Under the pieces are notes generated by a model, which did no database searches, was not told the origin of the DNA, and worked only from the letters and a program-made list of their open reading frames with translations. Positions 25,559 to 35,644 of a DNA stretch of 36,207 bases are shown piece after piece. Both the position numbers and the translations under genes were made by a program. Where the stretch lies: the NCBI GenBank assembly GCA_043813215.1, contig JBDRLH010000003.1:1-36207 (forward strand), read 5' to 3'. Numbering within the stretch: the first letter of the stretch is position 1; each line of letters starts with the position of its first letter. The stretch is from Parcubacteria group bacterium. Lineage in GTDB: Bacteria > Patescibacteriota > Minisyncoccia > Minisyncoccales > JAQTPW01.

Positions 25559-26251
25559 ATGGACAAAGATTACGCAGAATACCTACTGAATAAAACTAAA
25601 GAGGATTATAACCTGATTGCCGAAGAATTTTCAAGGAAGAGAGCCTTAATTTGGCCCGAAACTAAATGCCTGCTTGATAAATATTTTTTTACCGGAGATA
25701 AGGTTTTGGATTTAGGTTGCGGCAACGGCCGGTATCTCGGGTATTTTTCGCAGAAAGGATTGGTTTATTCCGGAGTGGATATTTCTGAAAATTTGATAAA
25801 AATAGCCAAAGAAATCTATCCGAGCGTCGATTTCAGAGTTGCCGACGCTTTAAATTTACCATTTTCTGACGATTCTTTCGATAAGATTGCGGCTATTGCG
25901 GTTTTGCATCACATGCCGTCCGAAGAAACCAGGATAAAATTTTTAAAGGAAGCCAAAAGAGTTTTGAGGCCCGGAGGATTTTTATTTATAACAGTTTGGA
26001 ACTTCCGTGAGTTTAAAGAGTTTTTCTTACTTTTCAAATCGATAGTTTTAAAAATATTTAAATTGTCAAAATTAGACTTCGGCGATTTTTTAAAGTCCTG
26101 GGCTCAAAAAACAGAAAGGTATTATCATTATTTTACAAAAAGAGAATTAATTGATTTGCCAAAAAAATCAGGTTTCGAAATAAAAGAAATAGGAATTATT
26201 AAAAACAAAAAAGGCAACCGCCGGAATACTTATCTGGTGTTAGAAAAATAA
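25559..26251 (+). CDS. trm9: Trm9/ALKBH8-type class I SAM-dependent methyltransferase (predicted cm5U to mcm5U tRNA methyltransferase)
   Basis: It aligns by eye with yeast Trm9. DYNLIAEEFSRKRALIWPE matches VYNEIAPHFSQTRYKPWP. LDLGCGNGRYLG is present. ADALNLPFSDDSFDKIAAIAVLHHMPSEETR matches ADGLNLPHKNETFDFVISIAVVHHWSTRERR. RPGGFLFITVW and the C-terminal RYYHYFTKREL (Trm9 has RYYHLYREGEL) also match. The start was moved to the ATG at 25559. Confidence 0.7.
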   Translation: MDKDYAEYLLNKTKEDYNLIAEEFSRKRALIWPETKCLLDKYFFTGDKVLDLGCGNGRYLGYFSQKGLVYSGVDISENLIKIAKEIYPSVDFRVADALNLPFSDDSFDKIAAIAVLHHMPSEETRIKFLKEAKRVLRPGGFLFITVWNFREFKEFFLLFKSIVLKIFKLSKLDFGDFLKSWAQKTERYYHYFTKRELIDLPKKSGFEIKEIGIIKNKKGNRRNTYLVLEK

Positions 26252-26252
26252 A

Positions 26253-26324
26253 GCCCCCATAGCTTAACGGATAAAGCGCAGCCCTCCGAAGGCTGACATC
26301 TCCGTTCGATTCGGAGTGGGGGCA
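26253..26324 (+). tRNA. tRNA-Arg (anticodon CCG)
   Basis: The cloverleaf was folded by hand. The acceptor is GCCCCCA/TGGGGGC and the D stem is GCTT/AAGC. The anticodon stem is CAGCC/GGCTG with loop CTCCGAA. The T arm is CTCCG-TTCGATT-CGGAG. The discriminator is A and no CCA is encoded. The gene starts 2 nt after the trm9-like stop. Confidence 0.9.
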
Positions 26325-26338
26325 CAAAAAGAGGGGCT

Positions 26339-27361
26339 ATGGCCAAGAGCGATTTTTTTGGTATATTTATATTTATGGACAAAGTTTATTTTTTAAAAGA
26401 TTTCAATAAATTAAATGAAGTTTCTTTGAAATTGCTTAAAGACGTCTTTATTTCCGATTCGGATATTTTGGTAAAAATACATTTTGGCGAAGGAGGCAAC
26501 AAAACCGCTTTTTTCCCTAAGGACGTAGAACCAATTATTAGCGCCCTTAAATCTTTAGGATTAAGGCCGACTTTGATTGATACTCCGGCCAGATATAATT
26601 CCCCCAGAGGAACCGTTGAAGGTTACGGAGCGATTATTAAAGAAAGGGGCTATGACAAACTGGCGCCCTATTTGGTTTCCAATAATTCGGTTAAGGTCCG
26701 AACAAAAGATATGACGGTTGGCGTATGCAAAGAATTAACAAAGGCCAAAGGAGTATTGGTTGTCTCACACGTCAAAGGCCATCGCTGTTCGGGATTCGGC
26801 GGAGCCATTAAGAATTTAGGCATGGGAGGAGTGACCAAAGAAAGCAAGGCTGAGGAGCATATTTTAGATCAGCCAATTTTTATTTCCGCATGCAAAGCAT
26901 GCGGAGTCTGCATTAACTTTTGCCCGTCGTCGGCCATTGAGTTGGAAGGAAGTTCGGTAAAGTTTGATTATAACAAATGCGGGGGATGTTCGATCTGCAT
27001 TTTAAAATGTCCGAATAAGTGTTTAAAACCGCGAAAAGCAATCTTTGATGATTTATTGGCCCAAGGGGCTTCGGCCTGCATTAATAATTTTCCTAAGAGC
27101 GTTTTTTATATCAGTTTGATTAAAAATATCACTCTTTTGTGTGATTGCCCCCGCGATTCAGGACCAATAATTGCTCCGGATGTCGGTATTCTATTTTCTG
27201 AAAATCCCGTTGCCATAGACAGGGCCAGCGTTGATTTGATAAATAAGGCTAACAAGCGGAATGTTTTTCTGGAAGAAAACCATAAGGACCCTTATTTGCA
27301 TGTCAAATATGCTTCAAAATATATCAATAAAAGCTGGGATTATGAATTGATTCTTTTATAA
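26339..27361 (+). CDS. DUF362-domain protein with an inserted 2x[4Fe-4S] ferredoxin domain
   Basis: Two CxxCxxCxxxCP motifs are present (CKACGVCINFCP and CGGCSICILKCP). The flanks are DUF362-like (VKIHFGE..., SHVKGH). The ATG at 26375 (MDKVYF) is an alternative start. Confidence 0.6.
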   Translation: MAKSDFFGIFIFMDKVYFLKDFNKLNEVSLKLLKDVFISDSDILVKIHFGEGGNKTAFFPKDVEPIISALKSLGLRPTLIDTPARYNSPRGTVEGYGAIIKERGYDKLAPYLVSNNSVKVRTKDMTVGVCKELTKAKGVLVVSHVKGHRCSGFGGAIKNLGMGGVTKESKAEEHILDQPIFISACKACGVCINFCPSSAIELEGSSVKFDYNKCGGCSICILKCPNKCLKPRKAIFDDLLAQGASACINNFPKSVFYISLIKNITLLCDCPRDSGPIIAPDVGILFSENPVAIDRASVDLINKANKRNVFLEENHKDPYLHVKYASKYINKSWDYELILL

Positions 27362-27372
27362 AACGAACAAAG

Positions 27373-27395
27373 AGTCGCCAAATCGGCGATTTTTT
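27373..27395 (+). terminator. intrinsic terminator candidate: 5-7 bp stem followed by T6
   Basis: TCGCC (27375-27379) pairs with GGCGA (27385-27389). A T-run follows at 27390-27395. Confidence 0.4.
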
Positions 27396-27448
27396 GATAA
27401 AATTAGGGAGAAAGTCGAAAGCAGCTTGATTATAATCAATATATAAAA

Positions 27449-27697
27449 ATGATTAATATTTATAAAGTTTCTCTGATTTTTATCGGGGGAATATTGATCG
27501 GTTTCGGAATAGGTATAATTTTCGGCAATTTTTTGATTTCCGAAGGGATAAATTATTGGCTGGCGGTTATCGTCAGTTTGGTCTTCGGAGGATTCTTATT
27601 GGCCCTCGGATTAATGACTAAAAAAAATTCCGAAGAGAAAACAACGGAGCCGGAAAAAGAAAAAGATAATAATCCGCAAAATTCGGCAAATTTGTAG
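27449..27697 (+). CDS. small membrane protein (2 TM helices, acidic/polar tail), function unknown
   Basis: The call rests on the hydrophobicity pattern only. Confidence 0.4.
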   Translation: MINIYKVSLIFIGGILIGFGIGIIFGNFLISEGINYWLAVIVSLVFGGFLLALGLMTKKNSEEKTTEPEKEKDNNPQNSANL

Positions 27698-27735
27698 GGA
27701 AAATAAGGCAGTCCGATAATGAAAATTACTTTTTA

Positions 27736-27764
27736 TTGACAGATTCCCGTTTTCTTTGTAAGAT
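27736..27764 (+). promoter_or_regulatory. sigma70-like promoter of the V-ATPase operon: TTGACA, 17-nt spacer, TAAGAT
   Basis: Read directly. It lies 46 nt upstream of the first operon gene. Confidence 0.5.
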
Positions 27765-27809
27765 AACGCTTTGAGAGTTAATTATCGGAAAAATTGTCGA
27801 TTTTAAAGA

Positions 27810-28115
27810 ATGGAAACAATCCAACAGATAAAAGAGGCGGAAAATCAAATCGAGAATGCGCTTGGCCGAGCCAGAAAAGAAGCAGAAGGGAAAATAGAAT
27901 CGGCCGAAGAGAACTTCAAAAAAAGAATTGAAAACGTCGATTTGGGTTTAAAAGACCAGGTTAGTCTGGTTCTTAAAAACGCCCAGGAAAAAGCGACTGA
28001 GATGAAAACAGAGAAAGAAAAAGAAACGCAAGAAATATTAAACGATTTGAATCTTAGAGTTCGTCAAAAAATTAATGGGGCAATCAGTATCGTCTTAAAA
28101 GAATTATTAAAATAA
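27810..28115 (+). CDS. atpH: V/A-type ATPase peripheral-stalk subunit (H/G-like)
   Basis: It is a 101-aa all-helical charged protein. It occupies the first position of an H-I-K-E-C-F-A-B-D operon. Confidence 0.6.
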   Translation: METIQQIKEAENQIENALGRARKEAEGKIESAEENFKKRIENVDLGLKDQVSLVLKNAQEKATEMKTEKEKETQEILNDLNLRVRQKINGAISIVLKELLK

Positions 28116-28117
28116 GT

Positions 28118-30070
28118 ATGGCAATAAGCAAAACAGAGAAAATTAAAATAATCGGATGGAAGGAAGAAGAAGAAAAAATTTTGAAACATTTGCAGAAAAC
28201 AGGCTTAATTGAGATTGAAAAAATAGAAGAAAGCGGCGAACGAGTGGATGCGGGCCAAAGCGGCGATTATGCTTTAGCCGAGGTAAGGTTTGCTTTAGAT
28301 TTTTTGTGTAAATTTCCTGGCAAAAAGAAATCTTTTAAAGAAAAGATTATTTCAAACAAGGTAATAATTAGTTACGAGAAATTAAAAAATTTTGCTGAAA
28401 AATACGATTACAAGCCTTTGATATTTGAAGTAAAGGAACTGGAATCAGGAATGAACGCAGCTTTCAGTCGCCTTGAGGAAATAAGAAAAGAAGAAGAATT
28501 GTTAAGACCTTGGATTTTTTTGAAACAAAATCCGGAGAGCTTAGAAACAAAATTTACAAAAGTGGTTTTTGGAACAATTTCGGAAAAAAAATACATTAAC
28601 CTTATTCAAAAATTCAATAAGGTTAAACTGGCCAGCGTTACGAAGGTAAATCAAATTTCCAAAGAAATTTTTTTAGAAATAATTTATAAAAAGGAAGCCC
28701 ATAATGAAGTCAGCAGTATATTAGAGGGCGAGAATTTTAAGGCGGTTTCTTTGCCATATGGCGGTTTTTCCCCCAGAGAAGCTCTAAACAGTATTGCATT
28801 GTCTAAAAAAGAAATAAACGCAAAATTGAATATTTGCGAAGAGAAGGCAAAAAAACTCAACAGTGAATGTGATAATTTAAAAATGATATATGATTACCTA
28901 AAATTGGGGCAAGCAAGAACAGAAAATAGATCAAAGCTTGCTTACACTCGTTTGGCATTTATCTTGGTTGGCTGGATGGAAGAGAGGTTTATTAAAAAAT
29001 TTGCCTTTGACTTAGAGAAGATTACCCATAGATTTTGTCTTGCTAAAATGGAAGTTGGCGAGAAAGAAGAGAGGCCGGTTGTTATTAACAACCCTTCTTA
29101 TTTGCGTCCTTTTGAGGCGGTGACCAATATATACGGCTTGCCCAAATATAACGAACTTGACCCGACTCCGTTTTTGGCTCCCTTTTTTATTATTTTTTTT
29201 GCCCTCTGCCTTACTGACTCGGGCTACGGATTAGCTTTGGCCCTGCTGTCTTTTTTGGCCATTAAAATTTTAGGCGTGCCAGAAGAAAATCAGAGACTGT
29301 TTAAACTTTTGGGGCTTGGGGGAATCATGACTTTTCTAATTGGCGGCTTGTTTGGCGGCTGGTTTGGCCTAGTCATCGAAGACCTGCCGGAATTAATAGC
29401 TCGGCCCTTGCTTTTATTGAGGGTAGTAGATCCCGTTAAAAATCCTTTATTGGTTTTGGGCTTGACCTTAGTCCTCGGCATTATCCAGGTTTGGTTTGGG
29501 ATTTTAATTTCTTTCTTTTGGAAAGCCAAAGAAGAGGGTATTAAAGAAGCTGTTTTAGATAAAGGTGCTTGGCTTTTTTTCATTCCTGTTATTTGTTTTT
29601 TTGGGCTTTCCAGGGCCGGCGTTTTGGGGAATAGCACCTCGGCGCTGCCAAATATTATGCTTTACTCGGGCACAGGCTTGGTGGTTTTAGCCGGCGGCAG
29701 AAAACAAAAGAACATTTTCTTGAAACTCGGAAAAGGCATTATGGGCCTATACGGCCTGGTTGGTTATTTTTCTGACGTTCTTTCGTATTCCAGGTTGCTT
29801 GCCCTGGGATTGGCAACGGGGATTATTGCCATGGTCATTAATCTGATTGCCGGACTCGTTTTTAATTCCTTTTCCTTTGTTGGCCCCATAATTGCAGTTT
29901 TTATTTTAATTGGAGGGCATCTTTTTAATCTGGCAATAAACGTTTTAGGGGCTTTTATTCATGCTGGACGTCTGCAATTTGTTGAGTTTTTCCCAAAATT
30001 TATGGAAGGGGGCGGCAGAGGTTTAAAACCTTTTTCCAGAAAGACGGAGTTTATTACCGTAGTCGATTAA
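28118..30070 (+). CDS. atpI: V/A-type ATPase subunit I (a-subunit homologue)
   Basis: It has a soluble N-terminal half and a polytopic C-terminal half. The conserved essential Arg context SYSRLLALGLATG is present. Confidence 0.9.
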   Translation: MAISKTEKIKIIGWKEEEEKILKHLQKTGLIEIEKIEESGERVDAGQSGDYALAEVRFALDFLCKFPGKKKSFKEKIISNKVIISYEKLKNFAEKYDYKPLIFEVKELESGMNAAFSRLEEIRKEEELLRPWIFLKQNPESLETKFTKVVFGTISEKKYINLIQKFNKVKLASVTKVNQISKEIFLEIIYKKEAHNEVSSILEGENFKAVSLPYGGFSPREALNSIALSKKEINAKLNICEEKAKKLNSECDNLKMIYDYLKLGQARTENRSKLAYTRLAFILVGWMEERFIKKFAFDLEKITHRFCLAKMEVGEKEERPVVINNPSYLRPFEAVTNIYGLPKYNELDPTPFLAPFFIIFFALCLTDSGYGLALALLSFLAIKILGVPEENQRLFKLLGLGGIMTFLIGGLFGGWFGLVIEDLPELIARPLLLLRVVDPVKNPLLVLGLTLVLGIIQVWFGILISFFWKAKEEGIKEAVLDKGAWLFFIPVICFFGLSRAGVLGNSTSALPNIMLYSGTGLVVLAGGRKQKNIFLKLGKGIMGLYGLVGYFSDVLSYSRLLALGLATGIIAMVINLIAGLVFNSFSFVGPIIAVFILIGGHLFNLAINVLGAFIHAGRLQFVEFFPKFMEGGGRGLKPFSRKTEFITVVD

Positions 30071-30114
30071 TTACTTAATAAATATTTGGTCGAAGATAAT
30101 AATTAATAAATTAA

Positions 30115-30594
<480 letters not shown>

Positions 30595-30604
30595 CAACCC
30601 ATAA

Positions 30605-31168
30605 ATGGCCTTAGCTGACATTTTAAAAAAAATTGAAGAGGAAACCGAATTAAAAGTTTCGCAAACCAAAAAAGAAGCAGAATTAAAATTGAAAGAAATA
30701 GAAGAAGAGGGAAATAAAAATATAAAAAACAGGCAAGAGCAGGTTAAAAAAGAAGCCGAGAGAAATGCTGAGAAGATTATTACTCGGGCCCGCTTTGAAA
30801 ACGAGCAGGAAGCCCAAGGATTAATCTTAAAAAAGAAGCACCAAATAGTTGATGAAGTTTTTTCTCGAGCCCTGGAAAAATTAGGAGATTTAGACGGAGT
30901 GGCCTATGAAGAATTTCTCGGTAAGCTTTATCGGGAGATTCCGGATTCCAGCAGGGGAAGCATACATGTCGCGAGTAAAAGGGAAGAAGAGACGAAAAAA
31001 TTTTTCAGCAAAAAGAACGTTCCCGTCGGAGGGATCATTGAATCGATTGGAGGTTTTGTTTTTAAGTCTCCAGATATGGAGATTGATAATACTTTTGAGT
31101 CCTTAATTAAGAGGGATGTCTGGGAAAAAACAGAGATGGAGATAATTGATTTCCTTTTTTCTGAATAA
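30605..31168 (+). CDS. atpE: V/A-type ATPase subunit E
   Basis: It has a long N-terminal charged helix and a globular C-terminus. The operon position also fits. Confidence 0.75.
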   Translation: MALADILKKIEEETELKVSQTKKEAELKLKEIEEEGNKNIKNRQEQVKKEAERNAEKIITRARFENEQEAQGLILKKKHQIVDEVFSRALEKLGDLDGVAYEEFLGKLYREIPDSSRGSIHVASKREEETKKFFSKKNVPVGGIIESIGGFVFKSPDMEIDNTFESLIKRDVWEKTEMEIIDFLFSE

Positions 31169-31169
31169 C

Positions 31170-32159
31170 ATGTCATATAACTACGCCGCAGCTAAAATCA
31201 GGGCATTAGAGAAAAGACTTTTGAGTCAAAACGACCTTAATTTAATGGTGGATGCAAAAAACGCTGAAGATTCATTCGCAGTATTTAACGACACCAACTT
31301 GGCCGACAATCTTTTGAGGGTCAAAACTAGGGAATTTGAGAAGGCGATAACCGAAGAATTAAAGCAGAGCAGAAAACTTATTGAAGATATCACCGACGAC
31401 AAAAAAGTTCTTAAGCTGATTTTTCTGAAAAATGATTTCCATAACGTCAAAGTTTTTTTCAAAGAAAAAGCTAACGGAAAAGTTTACCCGGAAAAACTTA
31501 TTTCTGATCTCGGCTTGGTCAGGACAGATGACCTGGAGAGGAGAATTTTAAAAGGAGATAAAAAAATCAGATTCGAAAAAGATTTTGAGTCAACTTTGCA
31601 AAAAATTGAAAAAAGGCTGATCGGCGTTGATTCTCCGGATGCAATTGATAATATTTGCGATCAGGAATATTTTAAACTGATGGCTGATCTTTCGAAAGAC
31701 GTGGGCAGCCGTTTTATTGAAGATTATTTCAAACTCCAGTTGGACTCGATTAATTTAAGAGTTTTGTTCAGAGGAAAAGCAACAGGGAGGCCGCTGGGCA
31801 CCCTAAAAGATATTTTTTTTGAAGGCGGAAGATTCAGCAAAAAGGATTTGCTCCTGCTTTATCCAAAAGACGAAAATCAAATAATTGAATTTCTGAGATT
31901 AAGATTATTTCCTTCGGAGAAAATTTGGTTTGAAGATTATTTTAAAGAAAGAAGACTGTGGCAGCTAGAAAAAGCCCTGGACGACATGCAGATGGAATAT
32001 TTAAAAAAATCAAAGCTTATCGCTGCAGGTCCCGAAGTCATTTTTGCTTATATATTCGCTAATTATAATTCCTTAAAAAATATCCGGATAATAATGGTGG
32101 CAAAATGGAATAATATTTTAGATAAAGAAATCAGAAGAAGGGTCCGTCAGTTATTTTAA
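31170..32159 (+). CDS. atpC: V/A-type ATPase subunit C (d-subunit homologue)
   Basis: The start YNYAAAKIRALEKRLL is typical of the family. The start was moved to the ATG at 31170, 1 nt after the atpE stop. Confidence 0.8.
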   Translation: MSYNYAAAKIRALEKRLLSQNDLNLMVDAKNAEDSFAVFNDTNLADNLLRVKTREFEKAITEELKQSRKLIEDITDDKKVLKLIFLKNDFHNVKVFFKEKANGKVYPEKLISDLGLVRTDDLERRILKGDKKIRFEKDFESTLQKIEKRLIGVDSPDAIDNICDQEYFKLMADLSKDVGSRFIEDYFKLQLDSINLRVLFRGKATGRPLGTLKDIFFEGGRFSKKDLLLLYPKDENQIIEFLRLRLFPSEKIWFEDYFKERRLWQLEKALDDMQMEYLKKSKLIAAGPEVIFAYIFANYNSLKNIRIIMVAKWNNILDKEIRRRVRQLF

Positions 32160-32164
32160 AGCTT

Positions 32165-32482
32165 ATGAAGATTGCTATTTTAGGAAATCAAGAAACAATA
32201 TTAGGATTTAAAGCTTTGGGGGTCGACACCCTCGGCGTTAGAGAGGAGAAAGAAGCCGAAAGGATTATCGAAGAAGTTTATATAAAAAAAGAATACGCCG
32301 TCTTAATAATTACCGAAGATTGGTTTTTAAAATTAAAAGATAAAATAAAATTATTATCAAGGGAATCATTGCCAGCTTTGGTTTGCATCCCGGTCGCCGG
32401 ATCTTCTGAAGGGCTGGCTCAAAAAGAATTGAAAAAAATTGTTGAAAAGGCAATTGGTTCGGATATTTTTTCCAGGCGATAA
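32165..32482 (+). CDS. atpF: V/A-type ATPase subunit F
   Basis: MKIAILGNQETILGFKALGVD and ITED are typical of this subunit. The protein is 105 aa long. Confidence 0.8.
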   Translation: MKIAILGNQETILGFKALGVDTLGVREEKEAERIIEEVYIKKEYAVLIITEDWFLKLKDKIKLLSRESLPALVCIPVAGSSEGLAQKELKKIVEKAIGSDIFSRR

Positions 32483-32500
32483 TTTATTAATTAAAGAAGT

Positions 32501-34264
32501 ATGACACAGGAAATATTAAAAACAGGGAAAATAATAAAAGTTTCCGGTCCCCTGGTGGTGGCTTCCGGTATGGAATCGGCCAAAATGTTTGATGTGGTAA
32601 AAGTCAGCGAAAAAAATCTGGTGGGAGAAATTATTGAATTAAAAAATGATACAGCTTCAATCCAGGTTTATGAAAACACATCCGGAATAGGTCCAGGAGA
32701 GCCGGTATTTCTTACGGGAAGATCTTTATCGGTTGAGCTCGGGCCGGGATTAATTGGTTCAATATATGACGGTATTCAGAGGCCGCTGACTCTCCTTTAT
32801 GAAAAAACCGGCAGTTATATCGGACGGGGCGTCGAGGTGCCCGCTTTGGACAGAGAGAAAAAATGGACGTTTGAACCGAAAGTGAAAGTTGGCGATCTGG
32901 TGGAATCCGGAGACGTCCTCGGCGAGGTTAAAGAAACAGTTTTTATTACAAACAGGATCTTGGTTCCGTTGGGGATTGCGGGAAAAATTGCCGATATTAA
33001 AAAAGGAGAGTTCACAATTGAAGAGACTATCGCCGAAATTGAAACAAAAGAAGAGAAAAAAAGGGTTTTGATGAAACAGATTTGGCCGATTAGAGCGCCA
33101 AGGCCGGTAAAGAAAAAAATAAAACCTGATGAGCCCCTAGTTACCGGACAAAGAGTTATTGATACTTTTTTCCCGATTACCAAGGGAGGAACGGCTTGCG
33201 TGCCCGGACCTTTTGGCAGCGGTAAAACCGTTGTCCAGCATCAGCTCGCCAAATGGGCTAACGCCGACATTATCATTTTCATCGGCTGCGGAGAAAGAGG
33301 AAATGAGATGACTGATGTCCTGCAGGAATTTCCGGAGCTAAAAGATCCAAAAACCGGAGAACCTTTAATGAAAAGAACCGTCTTGATTGCCAATACTTCT
33401 AATATGCCCGTAGCCGCCAGGGAAGCCTCGGTTTATACCGGCATTACCATTGGTGAATATTTCAGAGACATGGGTTACAATGTTGCTTTAATGGCAGACT
33501 CAACTTCCCGCTGGGCCGAAGCTATGAGGGAAATATCGGGCCGGCTTGAAGAAATGCCCGGCGAAGAAGGGTATCCCGCATACTTGGGTTCAAGAACGGC
33601 GGCTTTTTATGAAAGAGCAGGCAAGATAATTTGTTTAGGAAGTAAGGAACGTAAAGGATCCCTGACCGTTGTCGGCGCGGTTTCTCCTCCGGGCGGAGAT
33701 TTTTCTGAGCCCGTTACTCAAAATACCCTAAGAGTTACCAAAGTGTTCTGGGGATTAGAAAGCAAGCTTGCCTATGCCCGTCATTTCCCGGCTATTAATT
33801 GGTTGACCAGCTACTCTCTTTATGGAGAAGAGCTTAATCAATTCATGGAGCAAAACGTCAGCAAAGAGTGGCCAAAAATGCGAAGAGCGGCAATGGAGCT
33901 TTTACAGAAAGAAGACGAATTAAAGTCGGTAGTTCAGTTGGTTGGCATAGAGGCCTTATCCATGAGAGAACAACTGATTTTGGATACCGCTCAATCTATC
34001 AGAGAAGATTTTCTTCAGCAGAATGCTTTTGACGAGATAGATACTTATACCAGTCTTTTAAAGATGTCTTTGATGCTAAAAGCTATTCTCATTTTTCACG
34101 AATTCGCGCTTCTGGCCTTGCAGAACGGAAAGACCTTAGAGGAGTTGGTAGGGCTTCCGATCAAAGAAAAAATTTCTTCGGCCAAATCTGTTCCGGAAAA
34201 AGATTTAAATGAATTAAAATCTTTGATTGTAAAAATAGAAGAAACGGTTAATAAAAAAATATGA
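32501..34264 (+). CDS. atpA: V/A-type ATPase catalytic subunit A
   Basis: Motifs are [26 protein letters not shown], the Walker [16 protein letters not shown] and [27 protein letters not shown]-like (here [24 protein letters not shown]). Confidence 0.95.
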   Translation: MTQEILKTGKIIKVSGPLVVASGMESAKMFDVVKVSEKNLVGEIIELKNDTASIQVYENTSGIGPGEPVFLTGRSLSVELGPGLIGSIYDGIQRPLTLLYEKTGSYIGRGVEVPALDREKKWTFEPKVKVGDLVESGDVLGEVKETVFITNRILVPLGIAGKIADIKKGEFTIEETIAEIETKEEKKRVLMKQIWPIRAPRPVKKKIKPDEPLVTGQRVIDTFFPITKGGTACVPGPFGSGKTVVQHQLAKWANADIIIFIGCGERGNEMTDVLQEFPELKDPKTGEPLMKRTVLIANTSNMPVAAREASVYTGITIGEYFRDMGYNVALMADSTSRWAEAMREISGRLEEMPGEEGYPAYLGSRTAAFYERAGKIICLGSKERKGSLTVVGAVSPPGGDFSEPVTQNTLRVTKVFWGLESKLAYARHFPAINWLTSYSLYGEELNQFMEQNVSKEWPKMRRAAMELLQKEDELKSVVQLVGIEALSMREQLILDTAQSIREDFLQQNAFDEIDTYTSLLKMSLMLKAILIFHEFALLALQNGKTLEELVGLPIKEKISSAKSVPEKDLNELKSLIVKIEETVNKKI

Positions 34265-35643
34265 TTAAAGAGTATAAAACGCTTACAGAATTAGCGGGCC
34301 CCATTCTGATAGTAAATAAAACTCAAGATATTAAATATGAAGAGTTGGTGGATGTCCAGCTGGCCGACGGATCAATAAAAAGGGGAAGAGTGCTTGAGGT
34401 GACGGACAAACATGCGGTCGTCCAAATATTTGAAGAAACCAGGGGGATTAATCTAAAAAGCGCTAAGGCCCGTTTTTTAGGAAAAACTATGGAACTTTCT
34501 GTTTCCGCAGATATGCTGGGTAGGATTTTCGACGGCTCGGGCAGGCCGAAAGACGGAAAACCAGCTGTCATTCCTGAAAAGAAAATGGATATTAACGGCG
34601 CACCGATAAATCCTTTTGCTAGGGATTATCCGAATGATTTCATCCAAACGGGAATATCCACGATTGACGGTTTAAACACCCTTGTCAGGGGACAAAAACT
34701 GCCAATATTTTCTGGTGCCGGGCTTCCTCATTCAGAACTTGCCGCTCAAATAGCCAGGCAGGCAAAAGTAATAAGCGAAGACAAGAACAGTCAGTTCGCC
34801 GTAGTTTTCGGAGCGATGGGAATTACTTTTGAAGAAGCAGAATTTTTTATAGAAGAGTTCGGCAAGACCGGAGCCCTTGAGCATGCCACTCTTTTTGTTA
34901 ATTTAGCCAACGATCCCGTGGTAGAAAGAATAACCTTGCCCAGGCTTGTTTTAACCACTGCGGAATATTTCGCTTTTGACAAGGGCAAGCATGTTTTAGT
35001 TATTTTGACCGATATGACTAATTACTGCGAGGCTTTACGCGAAATCTCTTCTGCCAGAAAAGAAATTCCCGGCCGCCGAGGATACCCTGGTTATTTATAT
35101 ACCGATCTTTCAACGATTTACGAAAGAGCCGGAAGGATAAAAGGAAAACAAGGATCTATTACCCAGATTCCGATTTTAACCATGCCCGAAGATGATAAAA
35201 CTCATCCTATCCCCGATTTAACCGGCTACATTACCGAGGGCCAGATTATGCTTTCAAGAGAACTTTATCGTCAGGGAATTTATAGTTGCGTGGATGTTTT
35301 GCCCTCTTTGTCCAGATTAAAAGACAAAGGAATCGGCCAGGGCAAGACTCGGGAGGATCATTCGGGAGTTTTAAACCAACTATTTGCGGCTTATGCTAGG
35401 GGAAAAGAAGTCAGGGATTTGGCGGTTATTTTGGGCGAGTCAGCTCTATCCGGAGTTGATAAAAAATACCTGATTTTTGCCAATGAATTTGAGTCAAAAT
35501 TCGTCAATCAGGGCAAAACAGAGGATCGTTCAATTAAAGAAACTCTTTCTTTGGGGTGGGACTTATTATCCATACTCCCAAGATCTGAGTTAAAGAGAGT
35601 CAAACAAGAATATATAGATAAATATTTATCTAGCGCGAATTAA
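34261..35643 (+). CDS. atpB: V/A-type ATPase subunit B
   Basis: Motifs are [65 protein letters not shown] and [13 protein letters not shown]. The start overlaps the atpA stop as ATGA. Confidence 0.95.
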   Translation: MIKEYKTLTELAGPILIVNKTQDIKYEELVDVQLADGSIKRGRVLEVTDKHAVVQIFEETRGINLKSAKARFLGKTMELSVSADMLGRIFDGSGRPKDGKPAVIPEKKMDINGAPINPFARDYPNDFIQTGISTIDGLNTLVRGQKLPIFSGAGLPHSELAAQIARQAKVISEDKNSQFAVVFGAMGITFEEAEFFIEEFGKTGALEHATLFVNLANDPVVERITLPRLVLTTAEYFAFDKGKHVLVILTDMTNYCEALREISSARKEIPGRRGYPGYLYTDLSTIYERAGRIKGKQGSITQIPILTMPEDDKTHPIPDLTGYITEGQIMLSRELYRQGIYSCVDVLPSLSRLKDKGIGQGKTREDHSGVLNQLFAAYARGKEVRDLAVILGESALSGVDKKYLIFANEFESKFVNQGKTEDRSIKETLSLGWDLLSILPRSELKRVKQEYIDKYLSSAN

Positions 35644-35644
35644 T

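Noticed and set aside
32501-34264. Inteins or other insertions in atpA, or in uvrB and rtcB.
   Set aside because: Protein lengths (587, 648 and 481 aa) and uninterrupted motif order match intein-free homologues.
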